Positions 49,301-61,300 of a stretch of 64,000 nucleotides of DNA are shown here, piece after piece. Origin of the DNA: Acanthaster planci (taxonomy: Eukaryota). The notes below the pieces were generated by a model that saw only the letters and a program-made list of their open reading frames with translations, searched no databases and was not told the origin of the DNA. The position numbers and the translations under genes were made by a program. Location of the stretch: positions 3,218,535-3,282,534 of the forward strand of contig NW_019091358.1 in assembly GCF_001949145.1 (NCBI RefSeq), read 5' to 3'. Each line of letters opens with the position of its first letter. The first letter of the stretch is position 1.

Positions 49301-52300
49301 TACCATAACTTGGACATGCTGAATTACACAAGCAACTTCCTCCAATCAGCATTCATGGAAGGTTTATGCAAATATATTCATGACTGGCAAAATACAAAAG
49401 TCTTGATGTCTTGATAAGAGCTAGAGTGACTGCAGACAGCATAAACAATAGGCATGAAAGTATGACAGATTTTGTTTTCTGCTTAAGACAATGATTTAAT
49501 TCAATCCCATCAGTCACTTTAATGAATGCATCAAACAAACAGCATTTCGTCGTTTGTCAAAATTAAGCTTAGAGCAACAACCCCAATTGTCATCGCACTA
49601 CGCATTCTACAAATGACTAAAAGCTAGAACCGGAAGACTTTCTGATGTTGATGGTTAATTTTATTCAACTTTAGGCCACAAGCAATGAAGCTAATGCTGC
49701 AATCTGTAATTTAAAAAACCATGTTGATTGTTCATATCAATTAATTTGGTCAGTTTGCTGAGTTTGGCCAAGTGATCAGGAGAGACAAAATAACGTACCA
49801 AATGACGTAACTTCAATGAATGCTTCTAAAATTTCTTACATCAATTAAACTTTGGAAGTTTCCTTCATTTCTGGAATACACATGTTGAAATGAAGGAGAC
49901 TTTGAATTTGAAAGCTTGTTTCATCCAGGTAAATGCTTTGTGTTTCACATGATGAAGACACGTTGTACTTGTAAATTGTTCCCATGTAAACTTTGTTTTA
50001 ATTCATAGTGTTGTTTTTGTAAGCAGTCAATAAACAGTATGCACATTTTTATATTTCAATTTTTTTGTATGTGAAACAAGTTTTCTTTCAATGGGTTTCT
50101 TTGAATTTCCTATGTACAGGTATCTATACTTCTTACTCTTTCAAATTTGATAAGAAAGAGTATATCATCAAAAACAATGTAAGAGAACACGATTCCTTGA
50201 TGAAGAACATGTACAACCATGCTACTGCTGAATCGTAATAGACCGTATTTACGGCGTCCCCAATTTCAGTCATATTCCCCAACGTAATGTATTTATTTGA
50301 AAACATTAAATTCAAGGAACCAGACTATATTCTACAATTTCATTCCGACCCCCAAAATCACCTGGTACCATCTCATTACGGGTTTCAAATTTAAACTGTA
50401 CGTTCAGGAATACAACTGAAATTGGGAACGCTGCGAATACGGTCTATTGGATCAATTCAGAATGTTTGACATTTCCCAATAAGCATAACTGAGTTTTACT
50501 AAGACTTGAGTGAAATGGACGGTGACTCTAATGGTTTTTGGTGCTCATTACTGCCTTTAAAATGGATAAGAGAGTCCATCAAATTATGCATTTGTCAGAG
50601 AGCCTATACTGTCTGGCCGCTCTTCAGACTGGCTATGGGTAACATTTGCCATTGTTCACAGATGGATCATAATAATCCATCATCCTCTGCGTGTATTCAA
50701 AACCAGTCAAGCTGAACGGTTACGAGGGGATCCGGTGTAGATTGAGCTCACCTTCGGGGTAGGTACTTTGTTTTTTTGTGGTGCTGCTTAATCTATGGGA
50801 GAGATGGTACAGTTAAATTAGCTGGGAAAAAAACAATTTGCACCGGCGCACAGCCCAATAATGACTAGATGTGCGAGTCATGAGGCAGGAAGCAGCCTAT
50901 GACATACACACACGACACCAAACTGCAATCAGTTTCTGAGAAGCTGGCGCTTGAAGTGTTGAGCCATTCATCTGTTGCCAAGCTTGCCTTTTCCATGTAA
51001 AGTGGAGTAAGACAGCCAGTGTAGAATTATGTGCTGTGTAAAAATACTGCTTAGTGGTTTGCTCATCTGGGCCATGAGTGCGTTAATAGGTGATGGCTGC
51101 TTGACTTCAGGCAGGCACATCTGTCTTGAGGGATGGGCCCGCAATGGCCAGTCCTGCTACAAGATATTCAACGATCACCAACGCACCTGGTCCCAGGCAG
51201 TAAGATTGTGCAAATCGGCTGGTGGGTGCCTGGCAGACTCCACCTCTACAAGTGAAAGCCAGTTTATTGGGGCACTGGCGAGCAATTGCAATGTCTCCGT
51301 CTGGTATGCGCTCGACACAAGCGGGTGTTCCAGTGATCTCAACCAGGAGTACTTCATTGGCAACAGCGAAAACTGCCCCGTCATGTTCGTGGCTGAGGAT
51401 GTGGTGAGCAGCGACCTTGCCGACTGCTCAAGTCAGTTCTACCCAATCTGCGAGCGTCGCGCCAGCCTGCCCACCGTGTATCTCCACTGCTTTGCCATCG
51501 GGGCTAGGGCGACAGCCGGAGGGCGTGGAGGGGTCAAACAGAACAGCACCTGCCTGATGAACCACGGCTTCATGGAAACCAGTGTTGCCCATCCTGTGCA
51601 GTGCTGCAAGGCTTGCTCCCTGGAGCCTGGCTGCCGTTCCTTCAACCTCCTGGAGACTTCAGGGGGAATGCAATGCCTCCTGAATAATGCCACTATCTGG
51701 GAGGTCAAGAGCACTGACTACACCACTCGTCAGGATTGTCAGTACTATCAATACACTGCCTACCCAAAGCCTTCAACAGCCTGACTTTGGATTTTTTTCT
51801 TCTCTTAAACCATGCCAACTACCAGGCAAACTTGGGACAAGGAACAGCAATTTCACTGGCAGGGACTTGATGAAAGACCACTCAAGTGTTCTTAGAGAGT
51901 TTCTACCATCTGTGTGATTCACCCTCCATTAAATTGTCAACTTGACTGGCTAAGGTGGGTAAATTCCGATCAGAAATTTTGATCCTTGAACAGAGATTTC
52001 AAACCTGTGGTTATGATATGCTTAAACGAAATAAATACTGTAATTAGGGAAAAAAGGAAACTGTGGACATTGCCATAGAGGAAAGTAATTTATTTCAAGA
52101 TGGTGGATGATTTGAATAGACTTACTACTTTGGAATCAATTTCCTAAAACAACTGTGTGACTTGGTACCCAGTTGAAATTGTGATGTGTTTATTTCGCAG
52201 GATTTGTTTTTGTGGGACAAAACCTCTTATCTACTTATGAACATTTTCAGTGCATCGAAAGATTTGTTAAATATATCACAGTAAAAGACAATTCAACAAG

Positions 52301-55300
52301 GTGAATGGATACATTTCCATAATGCAAAAATTAATAAATACATTTCTGCATTTAAAAACAAATGACTAATACTTGATTGAAACTTGAAACCTCTATAATA
52401 ATGTACAAGCAGTTTACAATAACAAAAAATTTGTGCAGAAATATAATTTTCACTGTAAAAGAATAAACTAGTAAGGGATTCAAACCCGGGACCTCTGAAA
52501 TTTTTAAGGTTTCAGTGCTGTCCTCATAAATGAGGCATTTGCAACAATGTGAAACTTTCATGTACATAATGACTAGTGCAAGACTGAGCCTGAGACCTCA
52601 GAAATGAATATGTTTTATCTTCAGTAAAACTGATTAAGTTCATTAGTATATATTGCATTTGTAAATACAAAAATTACTAACATGAAAACTGTAACTACTG
52701 ACTCTAGATTATTGCTCTTGTGCATATAAGTTTTCAGTGAAATAATTATAAAACTTCAGTGTTTGCTGCCTCCTTAGTTGTAAAACCAACAGGTTAGGTG
52801 GAGGACAAACCTGCCAACTCCCAAAAAATGCAATTAGAAAAAAAGATAAAAGGAAACAATTGATATTATCTCATTCTCGATGGTGTTTCTGGTGTTCTGA
52901 AAAACCCAAAACTAAATAAATAATGGACTGCATGTATATTTAACTTTGTTTTCTACTTCAACCCTGGAGTTAACCCTAAGTTAACTGTGGAAGAAAAGCA
53001 GAACTTTCTTTATATTTCTTTCCATCCTCCACTCCGGCAAAATTTCATGTTATGTCTGGAATTCAAGAAATAAAGAACTATCTGAGCCCCAGGTACTGAT
53101 TATCAGAAATTAAATGACTGATACATTCTGCGTAATAAGGGATCAGGGCGAGAAAAATTGTAGAAGTGCAGCTCGCGGTAAGAGCACTGTAGAAACTCAT
53201 TCGGGAAGAATTTGACCCTGTCACTGTATCATTTTACCACCATTGGTCTGAGCATGCATTTGCATTGTCCAGTGTGTTCACTGCATGTGACACAAATAAC
53301 GAATGTTGAAGTGAGGGTATAGCAGCCATGCAAGACAAAGTTCATGAGGTGACTCACAGAACTATCCATCCCACTCATCGGCTTTGCTCCAAGGAATACA
53401 ACATTCAAGCCACTGCTTGTAGGCCTATGTAAAACATGCGTTATTTCTTTTACACAATGCCTCATCAACCTTTGTCACCTCACTGGTAATTTAAATTATC
53501 GTTTTAACATTGCACTTGAAATCACTACAGGAGCTGGTCGATACAAATTTCTCCTTCTGGCCTTTAATGTACGAGTGCCAGTGCTGTAGTTAAGACCATC
53601 ACAAGACCAGACACAAGACCATGTACAAGGCCAGTCACAAGTAATAGAGTGAACGACGACAAAGGAATGCTTTTGTTGCAATTCATTTGAATAGCTTGCG
53701 ACTTGAATTCAGACTGGAGGTCTGGTGTGGTCTTGTGAAGGTCTTAAGTGGTCTCGACTACAACACTACATTTCAACAAACTATCGCTTGATTCTACATG
53801 GTTTTACTACGCACTGTTTGCACCGCATCTGCACCAGGCACTGGGGCAAATAATTTACGTTGCATGATCAACAAATCGCCTATTGGACAACTGGGTTTAT
53901 GCAGGCTTTTTATGACAGGTTACACACCACTGGTTGAATCACCAATGACTGAATTTTTTCACGGAAAACAATATCACAATATAACCAAGAGGAATCAACA
54001 AATTTTATCCAGAAAGGACTGTCCTCGCTTGGTGTGCTGTTTGCTCAATGTGAATGGTTGACTGTAGAGTACTGGTACCACCATTTTGTTGAACTCAGAG
54101 ATCAGTTTTTCTACTTTGTGACCAAAATCTTGAACATCGGTGTATTATCACAGCGTTAGCCATCCACCCTTAATCATTTATATGTGATATTGCACAAAAA
54201 CAAATGGATTTACACTCAGTACTATCCACACACGTATATTTCCAATGTAATCATGTGTTAAAAAAAAAACACCTATGAATTGTTGGGTCGGTATGCGAAA
54301 AGAGAGATATCGTCCATTATCCGTTCTGTTTATGGGCTGCCATAATCTCTGGCACTTCAGTGACAGGACGCTGTAATTCTAGATACTGCATAAGGGCAGC
54401 TTTTTTTTCCCCACCAAACTGACAGGTAACAAGTCTCTCAAACTGCATCACTTCCGATGAAATTGCCATGTGCATAAGCATTTTAGATATCAAATTTTTG
54501 TGGCGTGCATCGGCTGCACAGGATTTCAAAAAAATTTTTGATCACGGGCGTAGAACATTTTACATGCAGCATGCACACACACCTGATGATGTTAAAATAC
54601 AAAGCTTTAATGTTCCTATGACCCTAACAGCCCTGAATCCTCCAATTTTAATAGGATTTTGCGCACACCCTAGGGAGTTAGGGATAAATATGGCGTCCTT
54701 TGCGAGAGATCCACGCTAGTGTTGCTAAAGCAAAAACTGTAGTTGTCCGACAAACATTCCCGGTGACAGAATAATCTACTGAGTTGTCTCCTTANNNNNN
54801 NNNNNNNNNNNNNNNNNNNNNNNNNNNNNNNNNNNNNNNNNNNNNNNNNNNNNNNNNNNNNNNNNNNNNNNNNNNNNNNNNNNNNNNNNNNNNNNNNNNN
54901 NNNNNNNNNNNNNNNNNNNNNNNNNNNNNNNNNNNNNNNNNNNNNNNNNNNNNNNNNNNNNNNNNNNNNNNNNNNNNNNNNNNNNNNNNNNNNNNNNNNN
55001 NNNNNNNNNNNNNNNNNNNNNNNNNNNNNNNNNNNNNNNNNNNNNNNNNNNNNNNNNNNNNNNNNNNNNNNNNNNNNNNNNNNNNNNNNNNNNNNNNNNN
55101 NNNNNNNNNNNNNNNNNNNNNNNNNNNNNNNNNNNNNNNNNNNNNNNNNNNNNNNNNNNNNNNNNNNNNNNNNNNNNNNNNNNNNNNNNNNNNNNNNNNN
55201 NNNNNNNNNNNNNNNNNNNNNNNNNNNNNNNNNNNNNNNNNNNNNNNNNNNNNNNNNNNNNNNNNNNNNNNNNNNNNNNNNNNNNNNNNNNNNNNNNNNN

Positions 55301-58300
55301 NNNNNNNNNNNNNNNNNNNNNNNNNNNNNNNNNNNNNNNNNNNNNNNNNNNNNNNNNNNNNNNNNNNNNNNNNNNNNNNNNNTGGAGCAAGGGGTCGGGT
55401 TGTTGTCTTTGTTCTCTTTCTGCTCAAAACTGATCTTAAATGGGGGCTCAGCAGGCTCTTCCGGTAGCTCATTGTACGTCACTATCACCTATGGGATGAA
55501 AGCCAAAGGTAACTAGTAGACAATAGTGTACACAAACAAACAAATCAAATCATTTGAATCTGTCAAGCTTTTACATGAGAACTGCCTGGGAAAGAAAAAT
55601 GCACGTACGCCGCTGATCAACCGCGGCGCCTTGAAAGCTATTTTGTCTAATATATAATGACACTCAATTAAGACTGACAGTGTTTGAATTCTCTTTTGCC
55701 TTTAACCATCGAACCATTCCCAACCACAAGGTGTCTTGTCCAAAACACACAGCTCCAAAGCTCAAGCAGTTTTGGTTTATAAATGTTAAGCCGTGCAGTT
55801 CAAACAAATTAGCGTTTAAAACCAAAAGTATATTCCATAAAAATTTTGGACAATGCTACATGTCTAGCTGTCCTCCATGTTTCACGATTCCGAGGTGGGT
55901 TAGACACCATCCGATAAGAAATGCCCATGGGGTGTTGACTACAACAATCTGAGTCTCAAGACCCATCCTTAAGGATGTTTTTTACACCAACCTGTGTCAT
56001 GACACAGCCGGGACCTGTGGCCATCATCTTGACCTGGACGGGCACCTCCGGCACCGTCAGGGTCTGCAGCAGCAGGCGGTTGTGATCCTTTACATACAGC
56101 CAGTGAGGGTTGGGCTCGCAGGAGAACTTGACCTGGAGCTGGATATCCTGCTGACCCCCACGGTAGGCCATCAGGCCGTACTCAGCCAGAGCTTGCAAGG
56201 CCATCACCGTGTCCTGAAGATGGACAAAACGGGACCCGTCAGTGATGTTTGGTCAAGAATGATCACGAACCCGTTATCTTCAGTCACAATAACACAAATT
56301 CACGTTAGTCAGAAATCATATTTCTCTTTGATTTGGGAGAGATACATTTAAGAACAGAAAACAATCTGAACCCTTTAAAATAAAAGCCAAAGGTTTTGTA
56401 AAATAGCATTTATTTGTATAGGTGTCATCAGTAGTAGGGATATTTGGAATTTAGTTCCTGTAAAAGTGTGAGGTGAACAATTGACACAGGCAAAATTACT
56501 CACAAAGAAACAAATGTGCAATGTTTGGAGATAAATTATCTTAGAGAACATCTGCATATGTGCAGGTTCATTTTGTAAATTAGATTACTATTAACCCTAA
56601 CAGTCCTCAATCCTTCTCCTGTTGGAGGACTGAGGACTGTTATAGGGTAAAGTTACTTAAGGACACCATTTCTGATCTTCAATCATTAAATGGGGCAGGC
56701 CAACCATCAAGCAGATACTCTTGAAAAAAGAAAAAAATTAAAAATTAAGTTTCAACATTTATCTTAATGGCATTTGGGTGATACTGAAGTCAGTGCACTG
56801 GGTATGCTGGGTACGCAAAATTTGTACGTGACGATAAAAAAAAAAAATTAGTAGAAATCATTAAGGTACTTCCAAGTTTTTATTTGGTTATTCTTGTATC
56901 TATTCATTCGCCATTTTTTGTAATTTTTAAAACATTTCCGGGGGGAGGTTATACTACTGAAAACAAGCTCAAGAGAAAATGTACAAATCAGATCAAAGAT
57001 AATCACACAACCAAAGTATCGAGCTCGTGAGAACCAAACCTGAGTAGAGGCAAACCCTCCATTGGCGTTGCGCTGTCCGACAATCCAGCGGGCCACAGTG
57101 TTTCCCTGTACCAGTGCCTCCGTCTTACTGTAGGCCCAGATGTAGGTCAGCAGCACGTAGGAGGTGATCTCGATGTGTTGTGAAGAGGCCTGGTGGTGGA
57201 GGTACGGGGGTCGATCATCGGGGACTGGTTCCGGACGCCCCTCCCAGTGTCTCAGGCCGTCGTCAGAATCTTAAGACAGAGGAAGATGCAAAATAAATAA
57301 ATACCTACAGAAATAAATAAAGAAAAGAAGATCCAGAATGATGGGTTAACAAACACAAACGCCCAGCCAAATCCATGCCTGAACCCAAGACTTGTGATCA
57401 AAAGAGTGTCCATTGAGAATTTATCATTTCTGTTGTTTTAACACCACTGACCTTGACCTTTGACCTATGCAATTTGTTATACAATAAGTTGGTACGTCCA
57501 GTCCTTCTCTTCTTATGGGGGAAGAAATAAACATCTCTACTGTTTTCACAGTAAACCTTTGATGTCCAAAATCAACAGTCTTCGGGATCTGATCAGACCA
57601 AATCACACAACCAAATTTGAAACTGATAAGCAAAAGCTTACTCGATTTATAGTGGGAAATCTATATTTCTCTGCCCTGCAATATATTCCCTACTAGAAAA
57701 ATCAGTCATCAACTGGTCATTAGAAATTGGCATCACCAAAAAAGGCATCAAAGGCAAGAAAAGGGGAGCAATTGGAAGCGCCAACTGAAAGAACAAATAA
57801 GGAATGAAGTCACCAGCAGTCATCAAGAATGCGTGATTCAATGTCAGAATAATGACCATTTTTGCAGACAAGATATATGACAGCCTTCAGCCCCTTTGCG
57901 TGCTGCTGTTACCCAATATAGCTGGTTACTTTTTACCCACGTCCCCAGGCTTCCACTGAGTGCTCTGAATGAAAAATGTTATCCGATTGTCATGGAGGGA
58001 AATAAACTTAAGTCAGAACCTCTTTCATTTCTTTATTTCTATGCCCTGTCAGCAAAGCCCAAAGGGATTAATATATTTGCCTTGTGCTTACGTGGGTGTG
58101 TGTGTATGTGTCAATCTGTCTGAATGGGCCTTCACAACATAGCAAGACAATTTCTTTTTTTTTTTAGGCAAATGAGGACCAACTTGTTGGGACATTTCTC
58201 TGTCCCCACAATTTTTCAGGTCCCCTCATAAGCGTGTGTCCCCACAACTACAAAGCAAGTTTGTCTGTGTGTCCACAAGCAGTTTTCTTACTGCAATTTG

Positions 58301-61300
58301 AGAAAAATTGGACATTTCAACCTTTTCTTTCCGGTATAGTGACGCTGTGCATTCCACGGTCATTTGTGAAGTAGCAAGTGCATTTCCAACCAAAGGAGCC
58401 TCCACTGTTTGTACAATTGCACCCTCTCTTGGTCCTGCTCGGGGCTCATAGTGAAAAGAGTATTTGACAATTGGCCTAACCACACAGGATGATATACGGT
58501 CTCATCTAATTGAAAATGAATCCTATACATCAACACATGAGCAACAACTGCACAAAAACAGAGCAAAAGGCACAAGTGCAATCCCGGGGGAGGGAGGAGA
58601 GAGGGTACATCGCCCACCCCAAAATAAATGAGTTTCCAACATCATATAAGGCAATCCTCCTAATAATTTGCCACAATGTTCATTTCCGTTTCCAGGAGCA
58701 AGGCCCTTCAACATAAAAAGACTGTTTACAAGTGACATCCTGATTGATTCTAACAATAAAAATAATTGAGAAATAGGATATTTGATATGCATGAGCTTAG
58801 TGCATAACATGTATTATTTATTATTCAATTTACCCTGGCCCAACCAACCGTGATGAGAACTCGTGGCTGATGACAAAAGGAAAAGGACCTCGATTACAAA
58901 TTCTGAAGCAGGGTACGAGCTGGCTCTGGCTTATTGCATGAAATTTGTATGAGTCCAGATGAAGTTTTATTCCATACATGATGTGAGGTGACAGTCCACT
59001 GTCATGGAAACAAGATGGCCAACAACCCATTAGTCCAGGTGGTATGAAAGCCATCAGGTTGGGGTCCAACTAAGAAAAGATGGGTATCCACACTGTGTGC
59101 AGGTACGTAGTCCCTCCCTCACCAAGGAGAGAAAGGTTAGATGGGTGACTTCATGCAACTGGGTGTCAAGGCCAAGGTGTACTGGTGTGACACGTGGAAT
59201 ATAAAACCAAAATCTCAATTCCAAACTAGTCATCCGAGCTCCGTGACATAAATACCACGCATGTGAACCCGTACATACATACGGTATCACCCCACAGTGA
59301 TGCAATATCTTTTGTCACTGACATCACAGACTGACACCAAATGACATTTGTGTGTGTGAGTTTGTTTCTGCATTCAATTGGGTACCCTGAACAATAGAAA
59401 ACAATAAGGTCCCAATTGACAGAGGGTCCCCGATTGACAACTGTGTACAAAACATATGGGTGGTCTTCTAAAAAAGTTACAGTACAGACAAAAGAGGAAC
59501 AATAGGGGGTCCCCATAACCAGTTGCAGGCAAATACCCACTTGGATGTGTGGGCCTCATCAAGCCAACAACATTGTTGTCATGAACCCCCCCCCTAGGTG
59601 TACTGCACGTGTACTCCAGACATCTTTCCAAAGTTAGAAAAGTGAAATGATGCTATATGCCACAACTACACGGACGGATGTAATCAGTGTTAAACTTTTT
59701 AATGCATATTTCCCTGAATCCTATATCCACAAAATGTTTGTGAATGTCTGTGAAAACCCAACTCTTTAACCCCTTCGTACCAGGCGGCGGCTATAGCCGC
59801 CGTAAAAATTGAGATCCTGAGCCTACTTGTCAGCTATTATTCTCAGCTCACGCTCGAGCGAACACGGTGAAAGAAGGCAGACCCTGGCTCTCGCATATAC
59901 GGTAATTGGTCATTGTGCGTAGCCCAGAAATGAAAAGACCGATTTTTGCATCATAATCACCAGCTTCAAAATAGTCCCCACTTTGAAAAGAGGCAACAGA
60001 AATGTGGAAGGGTGAGTAGAGCCGCATGCCACCGAACAATCAACCTTTTCACTGTGTAATTCAAAGCGTGCAGAGCACGTAGGGCCACAAACCGAGAATT
60101 TGCGGTTTGGCGGGTGGCAACGTGCAAGTTGCATGTTAGTTCGTGAGGATGATAATGAGCTGATTCAGACATGGGCTCAGTGACCTATGAGTTCACCTTA
60201 AATGCTCACAAGCTTACCCACTGCCAGCATGTCAAGCCTAGCCAGTATATCCTCCTTGTTGGGGTGGCCAGCTAAGATGTAGGCATAGCTGGCTATGGCT
60301 AGCGTGTACATGTCGGCAGAATCGATGTTGATCTTTCCATCCAGGCAGCCGATGGCTTTCTGTACATGTGCATCCTGGGGAGGGGGGGGCAGATCGGTAC
60401 AAATAAAATCCAGATGCAGGGAAATGGAACATGACAATAAATGAAGTTTACACAGTCATTCAGTAGCAACCAACTTCAAATCAAACTGTCTTGCCTCAGG
60501 ATTCTAAGATATTTGTCCGCAAAAAGCCGGTTCAAAATTTTTGCTGCTTTATGACTGAAAAAAGGCATCTTGTTCATGATTTCACGGGCCATTACTATGG
60601 GGTCCTCTATCAGACACTATGTTGAAAAGGAACTTGCAACTGTAAAACTGAAACAAGCATGATATTGTTCACAAAATGACGTCACACCATATACACATTA
60701 CAGTTTATGACCTTGGACTACACAACTTCAAATCATGAAGACCTTTCACCTTTCAGCGAATAAGCTTGAAGTTAACATCAAAAATAGTTCACAAAGCGAT
60801 CCAATAAGGAGCTTTGAATGTTAGATCGGTGAGCTTACATCAAGAGGTACTCCCGCCTCTATGAGAGAGATGATGACGTAGGCAGTGAGGGTTGTGACAT
60901 CATTCACGCTTCCCTAGGAACACAAAAATGAGCAACATGTGTGTAATAGGGTCCCAAAGGCCATGTCCACATCACTTGGCTGTGGCTTAAAATTGCATAC
61001 AACCCAATGGGAGGCGGCTGCAGCCACAACCATAGACTTGCGCATTATTTCAAGTGGAAAGGGCTAAAGACTCTGGTTTACGTGATGAGTATGCTGTCAG
61101 AAAAACAAGGAACATATTTTATGTGCATAAGTTTATCATTTCTGCAGTCCTCAATTTTCTATATGTCAGTCCAAGTGCATCTGCCATATATGAGAGCAAG
61201 AAACACACAGATCTCTCAGTCTGCGGTCACCCATACCCGATGACTGATGGAGGTGGGGTGGGGGGAATGGTGGGGTAGATGACTGGAACAGGGGAGGGGG

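Noticed and set aside
54670..55488. Long ORFs of 204-272 aa in the ORF track
   Set aside because: Artefacts of translating through 588 Ns; only 55383-55488 is real TEP exon
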